From IMG/VR virus record IMGVR_UViG_3300044922_000479, positions 1 to 61,782 of that record: 61,782 nt of DNA. The stretch is one strand, 5' to 3'. Shown one piece after another: positions 37,001-45,672 of the stretch (its first letter is position 1; the number at the start of each line of letters is the position of its first letter). A program made the translations under genes and the position numbers. The notes below the pieces were generated by a model. That model was given only the letters and a program-made list of their open reading frames with translations. It ran no database searches and had not been told where the DNA came from. This stretch comes from a virus (lineage: Duplodnaviria; Caudoviricetes).

Positions 37001-37464
37001 CCCGTACAGCAACTCCCGTGACGCCGGTGCTTCCTGTAACACCTACTGCAACAGCGCTGCCAAACGTTTCGTTTAACAGAACGGATATTCAACAACGCAT
37101 GCCTAATCTACAAATGGGTAACGCAGGGACACCTTTAAGTGTTCTTGCCGGCCAACCCACTACGTATGGTGTCACAGGCTATACCGATGCTTACTCACCT
37201 TTTGCAACTCCGGCCCCCGGAGCTAAATTAATGAACATGGGTGGTATTGCAGGTTTGGCTCAGGGAGGTTATCCTCGACGTACCGGTCAAATTGATGGCC
37301 CGGGGACCGCGACCTCTGATTCAATCCCTGCAATGCTGTCTGACGGCGAATTCGTAATGACTGCCAAAGCCGTTCGCGGTGCAGGCAAAGGCGACAGGCG
37401 AGCAGGCGCAAAACGCATGTATGCGCTGATGCATCAACTTGAAAAGAACGCAGCAAGAGGTTAA
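34015..37464 (+). CDS. Large internal virion/ejection protein
   Basis: GRNGDTMLAHI...INPKTGLPEF domain, Gly/Ala hydrophobic segments, C-terminal GPGTATSDSIPAMLSDGEFV domain. Confidence 0.75.
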   Translation: MATAPQAAMEMPQEAGANPFADPNTMAVYDQMRQTVSPKEFGDQMLEGAAQTAPEEVAAFRSALEQIEMPPEALDLLNNMVDEILANPEQYDQIRAKYKEMGAPDEILPEQFDPQFFSALNMAVDQMIGAPSGEQAFAKGGIAELSPVSKAIAGYGRNGDTMLAHITPAEARMLRRKGGSGTINPKTGLPEFFNLFKEIGNAFKAVGKAVKSFASSTVGRIVTTVALGFFLGPAAASFMGVTSAAGVAAVSGFVGSAGATLAGGGNLSQALKAGAVGGLTAGVTAGATGAFSGTDAFASGSYSGAGLTPMEALQGQADKFTGMFKSPPFPQYTAQGALTDNITTNATRDAYAGELYKTNPEAFYNPPAEPTIAGDSIAAKKVTLGGGPVTQSVTPGGATVTQNATGFDYTENNPLLTPEQRTAGLSADPTRTFGAAPSASATTAATGNTIAPPIQQTPTIGTGPYNTPGVLDSASQAGKGILQMLPGTEGTFSEGYENFTKGAGNLLSPGPSSAEVTARAKDILGSDTTGKMTYADALKAAKTEGPGFLRSYGPATALGIGAIGAFGGFSPSKVPESSMRKTLMGGPGSAQDLLKNDPSRFYIQGLPGVQYYSGSVMKPPGMATGGEVQHFADGGVSDQVVADWWAENSGKGYSDAYIADLMDEFSVTPEQFARSIGANEATAADIADRYTAVPENITFRDDSGYDSQTIDAVRQADGTYLGNNGQVYDSGGTPITPGTGGGGTTVVTDGGGGGGGGGGTTRSAADQAIWNYFANNTSLTDEQIVGAIKSNNWTLEDIARVTGTPDRLYEYYQRFGRVGSTTSTSTSTSTSTNTSIIRTTNTSTSTSTSTSTGVKTGTSTGTGTLTSISAPWFINPQTFAQGTAGVTVPSSTLRPAGLPTDATSRAIQGDLLAAGPTASDARMQQFMDTQGYDPRQVAYAINAGVPEIQNRYYAAKNAGILGAAAPATTTLNQPYNTTAGITQLLSPTGPLGEFSTRTATPVTPVLPVTPTATALPNVSFNRTDIQQRMPNLQMGNAGTPLSVLAGQPTTYGVTGYTDAYSPFATPAPGAKLMNMGGIAGLAQGGYPRRTGQIDGPGTATSDSIPAMLSDGEFVMTAKAVRGAGKGDRRAGAKRMYALMHQLEKNAARG
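36262..36290 (+). repeat. (GGCGGT)n in-frame microsatellite encoding poly-Gly
   Basis: GGCGGT x4 followed by GGCGG. Confidence 0.85.
36481..36509 (+). repeat. (AGCACT)n in-frame microsatellite encoding (Ser-Thr)n
   Basis: AGCACT x4 followed by AGCAC. Confidence 0.9.
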
Positions 37465-37466
37465 AC

Positions 37467-38576
37467 ATGGCAGACGCATCAATTTCTACCCAAGAACAGA
37501 TAGTCCGGGAAGCCCCGGAAATCGAAGCACAAAAGCTGGCGCTACTACAAAGCGCCAAGGCTCAAGTAGACGCAACCAACCTTGCTGCTCAGCAAGGTAA
37601 TTTCCTGACTCCAAACTATCAGATTGCGGGCATGACCCAAAATCAGATGGATGCCATCCGTGGTGGCGAGGCAGGTATTGGTGCGTACCAGCCGTATCTC
37701 TCTAACGCTGCTCGGCAGTTGGTTGGAGGTCAGCAAACCACAGGTGCTGCTGTTGATGTTTTAAGAGGTGCGGACACGCGCGCTCAATTTGGAGCAGCGC
37801 AGGGTTTAACAGGGCTCGCGGCTCAAGGGACTTTGAACGCGGCGCAACCTATTGGGCAGGCTCAAATCTCCCAGTACATGAACCCGTACATGAATATTGC
37901 TTTGCAGCAGCAATTAGATGAGATGAATCGTCAGGCCCAGATTCAAGGGCAGGGACTGCAAGCACAAGCTACAAAGGCTGGTGCTTTTGGTGGTACCCGT
38001 GAGGGCATTCAACGTGCTGAATTAGGTCGTAATTTGTCTCAAACACAGAACCAAGCGATTGCTAATGCAATGCAACAAGGTTATGGTCAAGCGTTGTCTA
38101 CTGCACAGCAGCAACAGCAAGCGCAGATGGCTGGATATAACCAATTAGGCAATCTTGGTCAAGGAATTGGATCATTGGCCCAAGGTCAATTTGGTGTTGG
38201 CGCGCAGATGGCTCAGGGTCTTGGCTCATTGGGCATGCAACAAGGCAATTTGGGCACACAAGCTGCGGCTTTGGGTCAGTCTGCACAGGGCATGGGTCAG
38301 CAGGACATCAACTTCTTGTACAACTTGGGTGCAATGCAGCAAAAGCAGACACAGGGCGAGTTGGATGCTCAGCGTCAAAACCAGTTGCAGCAGAACATGC
38401 AGCCTTATCAGCAGTTGGGCTTCTTGTCCGACATCTACAAAGGCGCGCCATCTACGCAGATGGGCGTAACCACTGCTGCTGCCCCCACTCCAAGCCCCTT
38501 CCAGCAAATCGCTGGTTTAGGCACAGGTATTTTGTCTACAGCAGCGGCAGCAAAGACCGCTGGTGGACTGTTTTAA
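37467..38576 (+). CDS. Gln/Gly-rich internal virion (DNA pilot/ejection) protein
   Basis: YMNPY, AGAFGGTR, PYQQLGFLSDI motifs; Q/G-rich. Confidence 0.75.
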   Translation: MADASISTQEQIVREAPEIEAQKLALLQSAKAQVDATNLAAQQGNFLTPNYQIAGMTQNQMDAIRGGEAGIGAYQPYLSNAARQLVGGQQTTGAAVDVLRGADTRAQFGAAQGLTGLAAQGTLNAAQPIGQAQISQYMNPYMNIALQQQLDEMNRQAQIQGQGLQAQATKAGAFGGTREGIQRAELGRNLSQTQNQAIANAMQQGYGQALSTAQQQQQAQMAGYNQLGNLGQGIGSLAQGQFGVGAQMAQGLGSLGMQQGNLGTQAAALGQSAQGMGQQDINFLYNLGAMQQKQTQGELDAQRQNQLQQNMQPYQQLGFLSDIYKGAPSTQMGVTTAAAPTPSPFQQIAGLGTGILSTAAAAKTAGGLF

Positions 38577-38585
38577 GGACGCATC

Positions 38586-40952
38586 ATGAAGAATGAGATT
38601 TTGAAGCGCGCCATGTTTGCGATGCCTCTGTCAAAAGAGTCACGTAACAGCGGCATCATGGCTGGGTTTGAAGATGAAATGCCCGAAGAGATGCCTGAGG
38701 AGCCAGAGAGCGACATGCCTCAGATGGCCCGCACGCCTCAGAATCCTGAAATCTTAATGAACACACTGCGCGGGGACATGCGTTCTACCAATGCACGTGT
38801 ACAAGAATTAGCCCAGATGGTTGGTGAGCAAGCAGCACAAGAAACACCCCCAGAAGTTCTTGCTTTGTTGCAAGCACAACTGGCCGCTCCTCAAGGCGGT
38901 ATCGGTGCTTTGCCACAGGGCCAAGGCATGGCTCCTCCGCCCATGGCCCCCGAAGCAGGGATGCCTCCTCAAGGAGGTATTCCGATGCCACAAGGCATGG
39001 AGGGCGCGGGCCCTTTTCCGCAGGGCGGGGCTGAGCAGGCTCCGCCCACACCTGATGGCATGCCCCCAATCACGGCGGCTGCAGGCGCGTTCATTACACC
39101 GTTCACACGTGCTGCCCAGTTCATGGGTGACAAGGCCGCTCAATACGGCCCTGCAGTAAATCAATACTTGGGCAACCTGACCATGCGCGCTCAGCCTACG
39201 GTTCAGCGTGTCACAGGCGGTAGTCCTCCTATGCCTTTGTCTGTGCAAGGACGAGAGACTTTGGTCCAAGGGCCTGCCGGCACGATTGTTGAAGGTGTGG
39301 GCACAAAGATGGCCCCTTACACTTCAATGGGTCCTTTGATGAGCCCTACGTTTACTGAAGGCCTGAAGATGGGTGTGCAGCGTACTGCGCAGGAATACCC
39401 ACGCGTGGCAGAAGCCTTGTCCCGCATATCTCCTGCTTTAGCTTTTGGCACCGGTGCATTGGCCTCACTTCCTTTTATGAAGGATTCCAGCACGCCGATG
39501 TCTCCTGAGCAAAAGGCTTCTTACGACGACAAGATGGCACAACTTGCGGCGATTGACCAAGTACCTTCTTCTCGTACTCAACAAGCGGCACCGCCTCCTG
39601 TGGCACCGGCTGCTACAACAGAAGCAGAGCAAGCAGCAATCGACGAGCGCCAACTAGCCGCGCCTGCCAAAGTTGATACTGATCCGTTAGGCACTTTCAT
39701 TGACCAAAAGATGAAACTGTTTAATGAGCGTGAACTTAAAGCAGGCGTCAAAGAAAAAACCCGCGCAGAACGGATCAAGGAAGGCTACGCCGAGTTATCG
39801 CCGTTGTTCTCTGAGATCTTGGGCAGTGACAAAGAAGACATGAAGACGAATGCGCTTTTGTTGCTGGCTGATGCTGGCTTCAAATTGGCGTCTAGCCGTC
39901 AGCCTACCCTTGCGATGGCTGCAAGTGAAGCAGCTTCTGGTTTGCCAAAAGGCTTTATGGCGCTTATTGCACAGTCTAAGGACCGTGATCTTAAGATTAA
40001 ATCTGCTGCTTTGTCACAGGCGTTTAGCGATGTTCAGGAGCAGGACAAGTACGCTCAGCAGCTTAAGGTGAAGCTGCTGGATGGCGATATACGAATTATG
40101 TTGGAGATGGCTAAAAAAGGAGGCGCAATCGTTGAAGACGGTGGTGCAGGTTTGCGTGTTGCTAAAACCAAAGATGGTAGCTTCTTAGGTGTATCAATTG
40201 ATCCAAAAGATCCGACTGTTCAGTCTGCGTTGTCCAGCCGTAATACGTTGCGCGACACTGATAACCCGTTTGTCGAGAACCGCGGACAAGCGCCAGCTAC
40301 TGTGGAAACAGATAAAGCAGCGCGTGGTAAGCTCACCGCAGAGTTGCGGGCGCTGGACAATAACTTAAAAACCTTGGAAAACCTTAAAGGAACATATGCA
40401 CAGCTTTACAGCCCCGGCACATGGTTCCAAGACAAGGTCAACAATTTACTTGTGCCAGTTTCTGGCGGATTGATTCGTCCTGATATAGATCAAGCGGATG
40501 CTGCACAGCGAATTCAAACCGGCATGAATGGTTTGATGAAGAACCTTGCAGCGTCAGGCGACTCAGGACGTGTTGCAGTGCAGGAACAGGAATGGGCACG
40601 CCAGACAGCAGAAAACATTTCTAACCCCTCCGCCTTCTTCCAGAATAAAGAGTTGGCCGCAAAAGGTTTTGTTTCGTTAGAAGCGGGCATACGTAATGCT
40701 CGTCAACAGCTTTTGACTCAGCTAGGATATGAAAACAACGACTATGTGATGCGCACTCCAAATACCGGCACGCAGAATGACCCGTTTGTGATCCCTGCAG
40801 ATAAAGACAGCCAACGCATCATGTTCAACTTCCTTGGTAGTACCATCGGTAAGATGCAAGATCCAAAAGCAATGGTGTATGTCAAAATGCCTAACAACAC
40901 GATCCAACAATTCAATCCTACTCAATTGCGTGGCCTGATAGGAAACCAATAA
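38586..40952 (+). CDS. Internal virion/ejection protein (putative)
   Basis: 788 aa, ILKRAMF N-terminus, Pro/Met-rich then helical; in the ejection gene cluster. Confidence 0.7.
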   Translation: MKNEILKRAMFAMPLSKESRNSGIMAGFEDEMPEEMPEEPESDMPQMARTPQNPEILMNTLRGDMRSTNARVQELAQMVGEQAAQETPPEVLALLQAQLAAPQGGIGALPQGQGMAPPPMAPEAGMPPQGGIPMPQGMEGAGPFPQGGAEQAPPTPDGMPPITAAAGAFITPFTRAAQFMGDKAAQYGPAVNQYLGNLTMRAQPTVQRVTGGSPPMPLSVQGRETLVQGPAGTIVEGVGTKMAPYTSMGPLMSPTFTEGLKMGVQRTAQEYPRVAEALSRISPALAFGTGALASLPFMKDSSTPMSPEQKASYDDKMAQLAAIDQVPSSRTQQAAPPPVAPAATTEAEQAAIDERQLAAPAKVDTDPLGTFIDQKMKLFNERELKAGVKEKTRAERIKEGYAELSPLFSEILGSDKEDMKTNALLLLADAGFKLASSRQPTLAMAASEAASGLPKGFMALIAQSKDRDLKIKSAALSQAFSDVQEQDKYAQQLKVKLLDGDIRIMLEMAKKGGAIVEDGGAGLRVAKTKDGSFLGVSIDPKDPTVQSALSSRNTLRDTDNPFVENRGQAPATVETDKAARGKLTAELRALDNNLKTLENLKGTYAQLYSPGTWFQDKVNNLLVPVSGGLIRPDIDQADAAQRIQTGMNGLMKNLAASGDSGRVAVQEQEWARQTAENISNPSAFFQNKELAAKGFVSLEAGIRNARQQLLTQLGYENNDYVMRTPNTGTQNDPFVIPADKDSQRIMFNFLGSTIGKMQDPKAMVYVKMPNNTIQQFNPTQLRGLIGNQ

Positions 40953-43900
40953 TGCCAACCTTGATGAATTCCCGTGGTGAGATGGTGGACCTGACAACCG
41001 GGGAGGTTGTCGGTCGTGCTGAGGGCGTTCCTACTGCAACCACTGACCCCCGAGCCGGTGGCCCGGCTGCACCGGATGTTCAAACACAAGGTGGGGACCG
41101 CGTTAACGGCCTGCTCAACAATCTTTCATGGGGCTTTAACTCGGCCCTTTTTGCTATTCCTGATGCTGCTCAGCGCCTAATCGGCAAGGGCATGGGAATG
41201 GATGAGAAACAAGTTTTCCAGTTCACCAATCTCTTCAACAAAGGCGTACAAGCCCCAAGAAACGTTGAAGAGCGCTACGCCCGCGCTGTAGGCGAAGGCG
41301 TTGGTGGAACCATGCCCTTCACTGGCATTCTTGCCTATGCAGGGTCTGTTAGACCGCTTGTCTCTGCGGCTGCGCCCGCGACAGGCATACTTAAAGGAAT
41401 TGCAAATGATGCTATCAAATATGTTCAACAAAGTCCGAGAACGGCTGCAGCACTGGACATCGCGTTTGGTGCAGGGTACGAAGGACTTCGTCAAACGGTT
41501 AAAGAAACAGTAGACGACAGCAACCCCTACAAGAAGATTTATGAAGAGTTGCTTCCTGCAGCCGCATTCATCGGTCTTCCTGTAGCTGCTGCAAACTTAC
41601 CTTCTGTAAAAGGTTTCAAGTTTATGTCGGACAAAATCAAGGGCGCTTCTAGCGGCCTTGGTGAGATTGAAAGAGAAACGCTTGAGGGCTTGCCCGGCAT
41701 GTACAAACTGCCTATCATCAACGTGATTCCAAACATGCTGATGAAGCGTGCTGAGAGCAAGTTGGCACAGGTGTTTGGCCCTATCTCCGAGAGCCCCGAA
41801 GCACAGCAAGCATTGAAGCAACTTGAAGCTGCATTGGCTGATCCCCGCGTTGCAAACGCGGGCTTCATGTTTGATGCTGCAGAGAAGACAATGTATTCCC
41901 CCTTGGTGCAGCGCAAAGCAGAACTTCTGCAGCAGCTTGGCCCCAAGGAATTGGAAATTACTAAAGAGCGCATCAACAAAAACCAGCAAGCGCTGGACAG
42001 TTTGTTTGCAAGCTTCTCTCCAGAAGCACGCAAGCCAATTCAAGAAGCGTTTACCGCGGCCCAAGCAGATCGTCAGCAGTTCTTTGAGAGCTTATTGAAG
42101 AGCCAAAAGGACCTGACAGACGCGGAAGTAATGTCGATCTCCGAGCGCCTCGGCCCGCAGGACGTTAACCTCTTAAACGACGAGTTGCGGGGTGTGCTGA
42201 TGTCCCGCATGGAGATGGATGCCAAAGCACGCGGTGATATTCTGCGCCGCATGGGCCTGAAGCAAGCGGTATCGCCAGAAGGCTTGCCGATGCCTACACG
42301 TGATCAAGGCAAATCATTATTTCCTGCCCGTGATATTGAAGAGGCGGCCAAGGAACTAATTGCCAAATACACGCCTGAGCGTCCCTCTGCAAGTCTTCAA
42401 GTGCCTGAGCCTATTCGTTTGCTGCAAAAGTTTGTGCGCACACAGGAAATTGCTCGGCAAAAACTAGAGGCGGACACGCTAGCTCAGTTGACAGAACAGA
42501 CGCTTAATGACCAGCTTCAAAGTTTAGGTAAATTAATTGATCCAAAAACCTTGTCAACAATCAGTGAGGATTTGATAAAAGCGGTTCAAGGGCAGGCAAA
42601 AGCTGGGAAAAAACAAGCAGGCTTTGGAGAACTGCTTCCTCCTCCAGATGCCAAGGGAAATATTACGATTCGTAATCTGGGCGGCCCCGGACGCAACATT
42701 ACGATTAATCCTACACAGCTTCGTGCAGATGCAGCACGTATTGCTGAGGCCAACACGGCTGTTGATTTGAACTTGCCAGAGGCGCTTGACTACTTACAGT
42801 CCGCCATGCGTTTTCGCAACCAGTCTGTGATCAATTACAACGGCTCAATGAAGCGCGGCAGCAGTCGCATTCAAGATGCACAGCGCTATATCGATACAGG
42901 CAACGCAGTCTACAAGGACATTGAAGGCCTTGTGCTGAATAACGTGCCACGGATCAAGCAAGAATATGACGGCATGAAAATGGTCTTAGAAGACTATGCT
43001 GCTGCTTACGAAAAGAATCTGCCACTGCTTCTGACACAAAAGACCCGTGGCGGCGATGAGTTCCTCTTGCCTAACGAGCGCTTGCTCCAGACTGCTTTTT
43101 CTACTGCTGACAATTTAAAACAGTTGCAACTTGCTGTCAGTGGATCCCCTCAGGCTAACTCACTTTTAGAGCGCGGAACAATCGACTGGCTGCGCAGTAA
43201 AAACGTTGTCGATGCTGATGGCTTGATTGATCCCAAAAAGATTCGCCAAGTTCTGGACAAGAACAAAAACATCGTTGAAGCCCTGCCTGCTAACTTGCAG
43301 ATGAAGTTGCAAGACGAAGTGAAGTTTGCCGACGATTACGTCAAGCGCATGGGCGAGATCGACATGCGCCGAGTCAATGCCAAGGACCAAGAGCTTGACA
43401 GCTTGCTTGCCAAGGCTACCCGCCCCGGTGCTGACCCCTCACAAACACTGCAAACTGCCCTGCGTGATCCTGCAACCATGAGCACTTTGGTTCGCGGAAT
43501 TGAAAAAGACCCAGAGATGTTGGCTGCTCTGCGCCGCTCTGTGTTTGATGTGGCAACTGGTGGTGCCCAAAAAGGTGGCGCGCTCAAGTCGTTTATCGAC
43601 AACAACGAAGCATCGCTCAAAGTCCTGTTCAAAAATACAGCGCACTTGGACGACCTCAAAACCTTGGCCGATTTGCAGCGCCGTGTGAATGCCTTTGCTG
43701 ATGTGACCGGACAGATCCCTGCGTTTGAATCGACAGATCAAGCTATGAAGCGTTTATTTGGCGCGGGTATCCAGTTCCTCACAACCACGGCCCGCGAGGC
43801 CGCTGTGGGCCGTATAAATCCATCCACGGGTGCTCTGGCAGTCATGCTGCGTATGGCTGGTGGTCTGGAGAACCAGATTTATCAGCGCATCTTCACAAGA

Positions 43901-44326
43901 GCGCTGGAAGACGCCGAGTTTGCCAAGCGGATCACGCATGTGGGCACGCCGGCTGAAGCCAAGAAGCTTGCCGGGGAGTTGGAGAAGATTGGTATTCCAA
44001 GGTCTGCGTATCTTCCTGAAAATATTACCCGTGCCGCGGTGCAAACAACTGCGCAAGCAGCGATGGGTGATCAGCCAGAAGACATTGGCAATCTAGGCAG
44101 CCTGCCCGTGGTTCCCGGCACAAGCGCCCAGAAGATGCTGAAAGCCATGCCGCCTGCTCCACCTACACGTGGAACAAACTTCAACCCACGTCTGCCAACA
44201 GCGCCTGCTGCGGCTCCCGGTGGCGCGCCCAACATTCAACTGATGTATCCTGCGATGTTCCCGAACGACCCGATCAGTGGATTGCTGCAGCAGCGCCAAG
44301 CTCAGGTTCAGGCCCCAAGACAATAA
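40952..44326 (+). CDS. Large helical internal virion/ejection protein (putative)
   Basis: 1124 aa, helical, last large gene of the structural block. Confidence 0.7.
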   Translation: MPTLMNSRGEMVDLTTGEVVGRAEGVPTATTDPRAGGPAAPDVQTQGGDRVNGLLNNLSWGFNSALFAIPDAAQRLIGKGMGMDEKQVFQFTNLFNKGVQAPRNVEERYARAVGEGVGGTMPFTGILAYAGSVRPLVSAAAPATGILKGIANDAIKYVQQSPRTAAALDIAFGAGYEGLRQTVKETVDDSNPYKKIYEELLPAAAFIGLPVAAANLPSVKGFKFMSDKIKGASSGLGEIERETLEGLPGMYKLPIINVIPNMLMKRAESKLAQVFGPISESPEAQQALKQLEAALADPRVANAGFMFDAAEKTMYSPLVQRKAELLQQLGPKELEITKERINKNQQALDSLFASFSPEARKPIQEAFTAAQADRQQFFESLLKSQKDLTDAEVMSISERLGPQDVNLLNDELRGVLMSRMEMDAKARGDILRRMGLKQAVSPEGLPMPTRDQGKSLFPARDIEEAAKELIAKYTPERPSASLQVPEPIRLLQKFVRTQEIARQKLEADTLAQLTEQTLNDQLQSLGKLIDPKTLSTISEDLIKAVQGQAKAGKKQAGFGELLPPPDAKGNITIRNLGGPGRNITINPTQLRADAARIAEANTAVDLNLPEALDYLQSAMRFRNQSVINYNGSMKRGSSRIQDAQRYIDTGNAVYKDIEGLVLNNVPRIKQEYDGMKMVLEDYAAAYEKNLPLLLTQKTRGGDEFLLPNERLLQTAFSTADNLKQLQLAVSGSPQANSLLERGTIDWLRSKNVVDADGLIDPKKIRQVLDKNKNIVEALPANLQMKLQDEVKFADDYVKRMGEIDMRRVNAKDQELDSLLAKATRPGADPSQTLQTALRDPATMSTLVRGIEKDPEMLAALRRSVFDVATGGAQKGGALKSFIDNNEASLKVLFKNTAHLDDLKTLADLQRRVNAFADVTGQIPAFESTDQAMKRLFGAGIQFLTTTAREAAVGRINPSTGALAVMLRMAGGLENQIYQRIFTRALEDAEFAKRITHVGTPAEAKKLAGELEKIGIPRSAYLPENITRAAVQTTAQAAMGDQPEDIGNLGSLPVVPGTSAQKMLKAMPPAPPTRGTNFNPRLPTAPAAAPGGAPNIQLMYPAMFPNDPISGLLQQRQAQVQAPRQ

Positions 44327-44338
44327 CGGAGTTACGAC

Positions 44339-44710
44339 ATGGAAATGATTGGACGACTGGTAGCCACGATGTTCTTGAGCCGAGAAGTGGCTCATCGTGC
44401 GCACTTGGCCGTAACAGGCACAGGCAGCTTTGCCAAGCACAGCGCCTTGGGTGAGTTTTATCCTGCGGTGGGTGATCACGGCGACACCATCACAGAAGCC
44501 TACCAAGGCCGCCACGGCATCATTGAAATCCCTTACCTTAAATACGAGGACGAGGGCGACATCATCAAATGCCTTGAGAAGTACATGGACGACATTGAAA
44601 AGCTGCGCTACAACGCAGTGGACAAGTCGGATACAGTGATTCAAAATATGATTGACGATGCACTTGCAACGTACTTAAGCACCCTTTACAAATTGAGGCA
44701 CCTGAAATGA
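44339..44710 (+). CDS. Ferritin/Dps-like protein (DUF5856-like)
   Basis: AHRAHL...SFAKHSALGEFY...DTITEAYQG, QNMIDD..STLYKL. Confidence 0.8.
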   Translation: MEMIGRLVATMFLSREVAHRAHLAVTGTGSFAKHSALGEFYPAVGDHGDTITEAYQGRHGIIEIPYLKYEDEGDIIKCLEKYMDDIEKLRYNAVDKSDTVIQNMIDDALATYLSTLYKLRHLK

Positions 44711-44865
44711 AAAAAGAAGTCTGGGAAAAACCCCGTCCTAAGTCTTTGGGGGCACCCAAGAAGCTAAGCCCGGCTAAAAAATCCGCTGCTAAGGCCGAAG
44801 CAAAACGCAAAGGCCAAGTTTATCCTTCTTTGGTGGCAAACATGCGAGCAGCAAAGTCAAAATGA
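44707..44865 (+). CDS. Small Lys-rich protein (52 aa, not in the ORF track)
   Basis: ATGA overlap; MKKEVWEKPRPKSLGAPKKLSPAKK...YPSLVANMRAAKSK*. Confidence 0.7.
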   Translation: MKKEVWEKPRPKSLGAPKKLSPAKKSAAKAEAKRKGQVYPSLVANMRAAKSK

Positions 44866-44959
44866 CCGAATTTCCAGTTGACAACATGCGCGCAGCACGC
44901 GCAAAATGACATGGGATTTCCTGCAGTTGTCTAAGGCTCTCCTCCTTTGACAATCCTTA

Positions 44960-44992
44960 AGCCCCGAGGCTCACGCTTCGGGGCTATTTTTT
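44960..44992 (+). terminator. Terminator at the convergence of structural and replication blocks
   Basis: AGCCCCGAGG-CTCACG-CTTCGGGGCT followed by ATTTTTT. Confidence 0.75.
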
Positions 44993-45672
44993 AGGAAGCT
45001 TTCAACCCTGCGCATCCACATGTCCTTGTAGTTGTCAAACTCCCGGCCACAGGTCACAAACTCCTGTGTCTCGCCGTTCTGAGCAACCATCATGATCACC
45101 CCTTGTTCAATCTTGGTTCCATGTGATACATCGTGCGCCAAGGCATACGCCGCAAGCTGCACAAAGTAGTCTTCAATCCACTTGCGCTGCTTCATTTTGT
45201 TGGTCTGCTTGAAGTCAATAATTGCAGAGTGATCTTTGTACACACCAATGCAGTCTGACGTGCCGGCATACTTCTCGGGATAATACAGCGGTATCTCTGT
45301 GCCCCACACCTCGTTCACGTGCGGCATGAACGTTTCAATCAGCTTGTAGCCCATCCAATAACCCTTGACCGCGAGCCACGTGCGGGGTGTCTCCAGCGGC
45401 CTGTTCAAGAGCAGTCTTTCCACAACGCTGTGCATGTGCGTGCCCACATTGGCAGCATCATTTCTGATCTTCTCCGCTTCGTCCTGACCAACCCTCGCGG
45501 CCCACGCATCGAGGTGTGATTTGTCTTTTGTGCCTGACAGGATGGTTGTCACGCTTGGCACGGCCGGCTGACCTTCTAGCGTGTAGGTGCGCCCCTGCTC
45601 GGAGTCGATGCGGACCAGTTTAGGGTAGACGTATTTCTTGCGGATTGGGACGAGTTGCATCATTTGATCCAT
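44971..45672 (-). CDS. PD-(D/E)XK exonuclease
   Basis: PSVTTIL, GTHMH, YAGTSD, IIDFK, QLAAYA. Confidence 0.9.
   Translation of the reverse strand: MDQMMQLVPIRKKYVYPKLVRIDSEQGRTYTLEGQPAVPSVTTILSGTKDKSHLDAWAARVGQDEAEKIRNDAANVGTHMHSVVERLLLNRPLETPRTWLAVKGYWMGYKLIETFMPHVNEVWGTEIPLYYPEKYAGTSDCIGVYKDHSAIIDFKQTNKMKQRKWIEDYFVQLAAYALAHDVSHGTKIEQGVIMMVAQNGETQEFVTCGREFDNYKDMWMRRVESFLKNSPEA

Noticed and set aside
37270-37464. Tape measure protein (the SDSIPAMLSDGE motif also occurs in TMPs)
   Set aside because: No tail tube, assembly chaperone or TMP-like repeats were recognised; the context is a podovirus-like ejection cluster.
44971-45672. Cas4 as evidence of a CRISPR system
   Set aside because: No four-Cys Fe-S motif and no array; an ordinary phage PD-(D/E)XK exonuclease.
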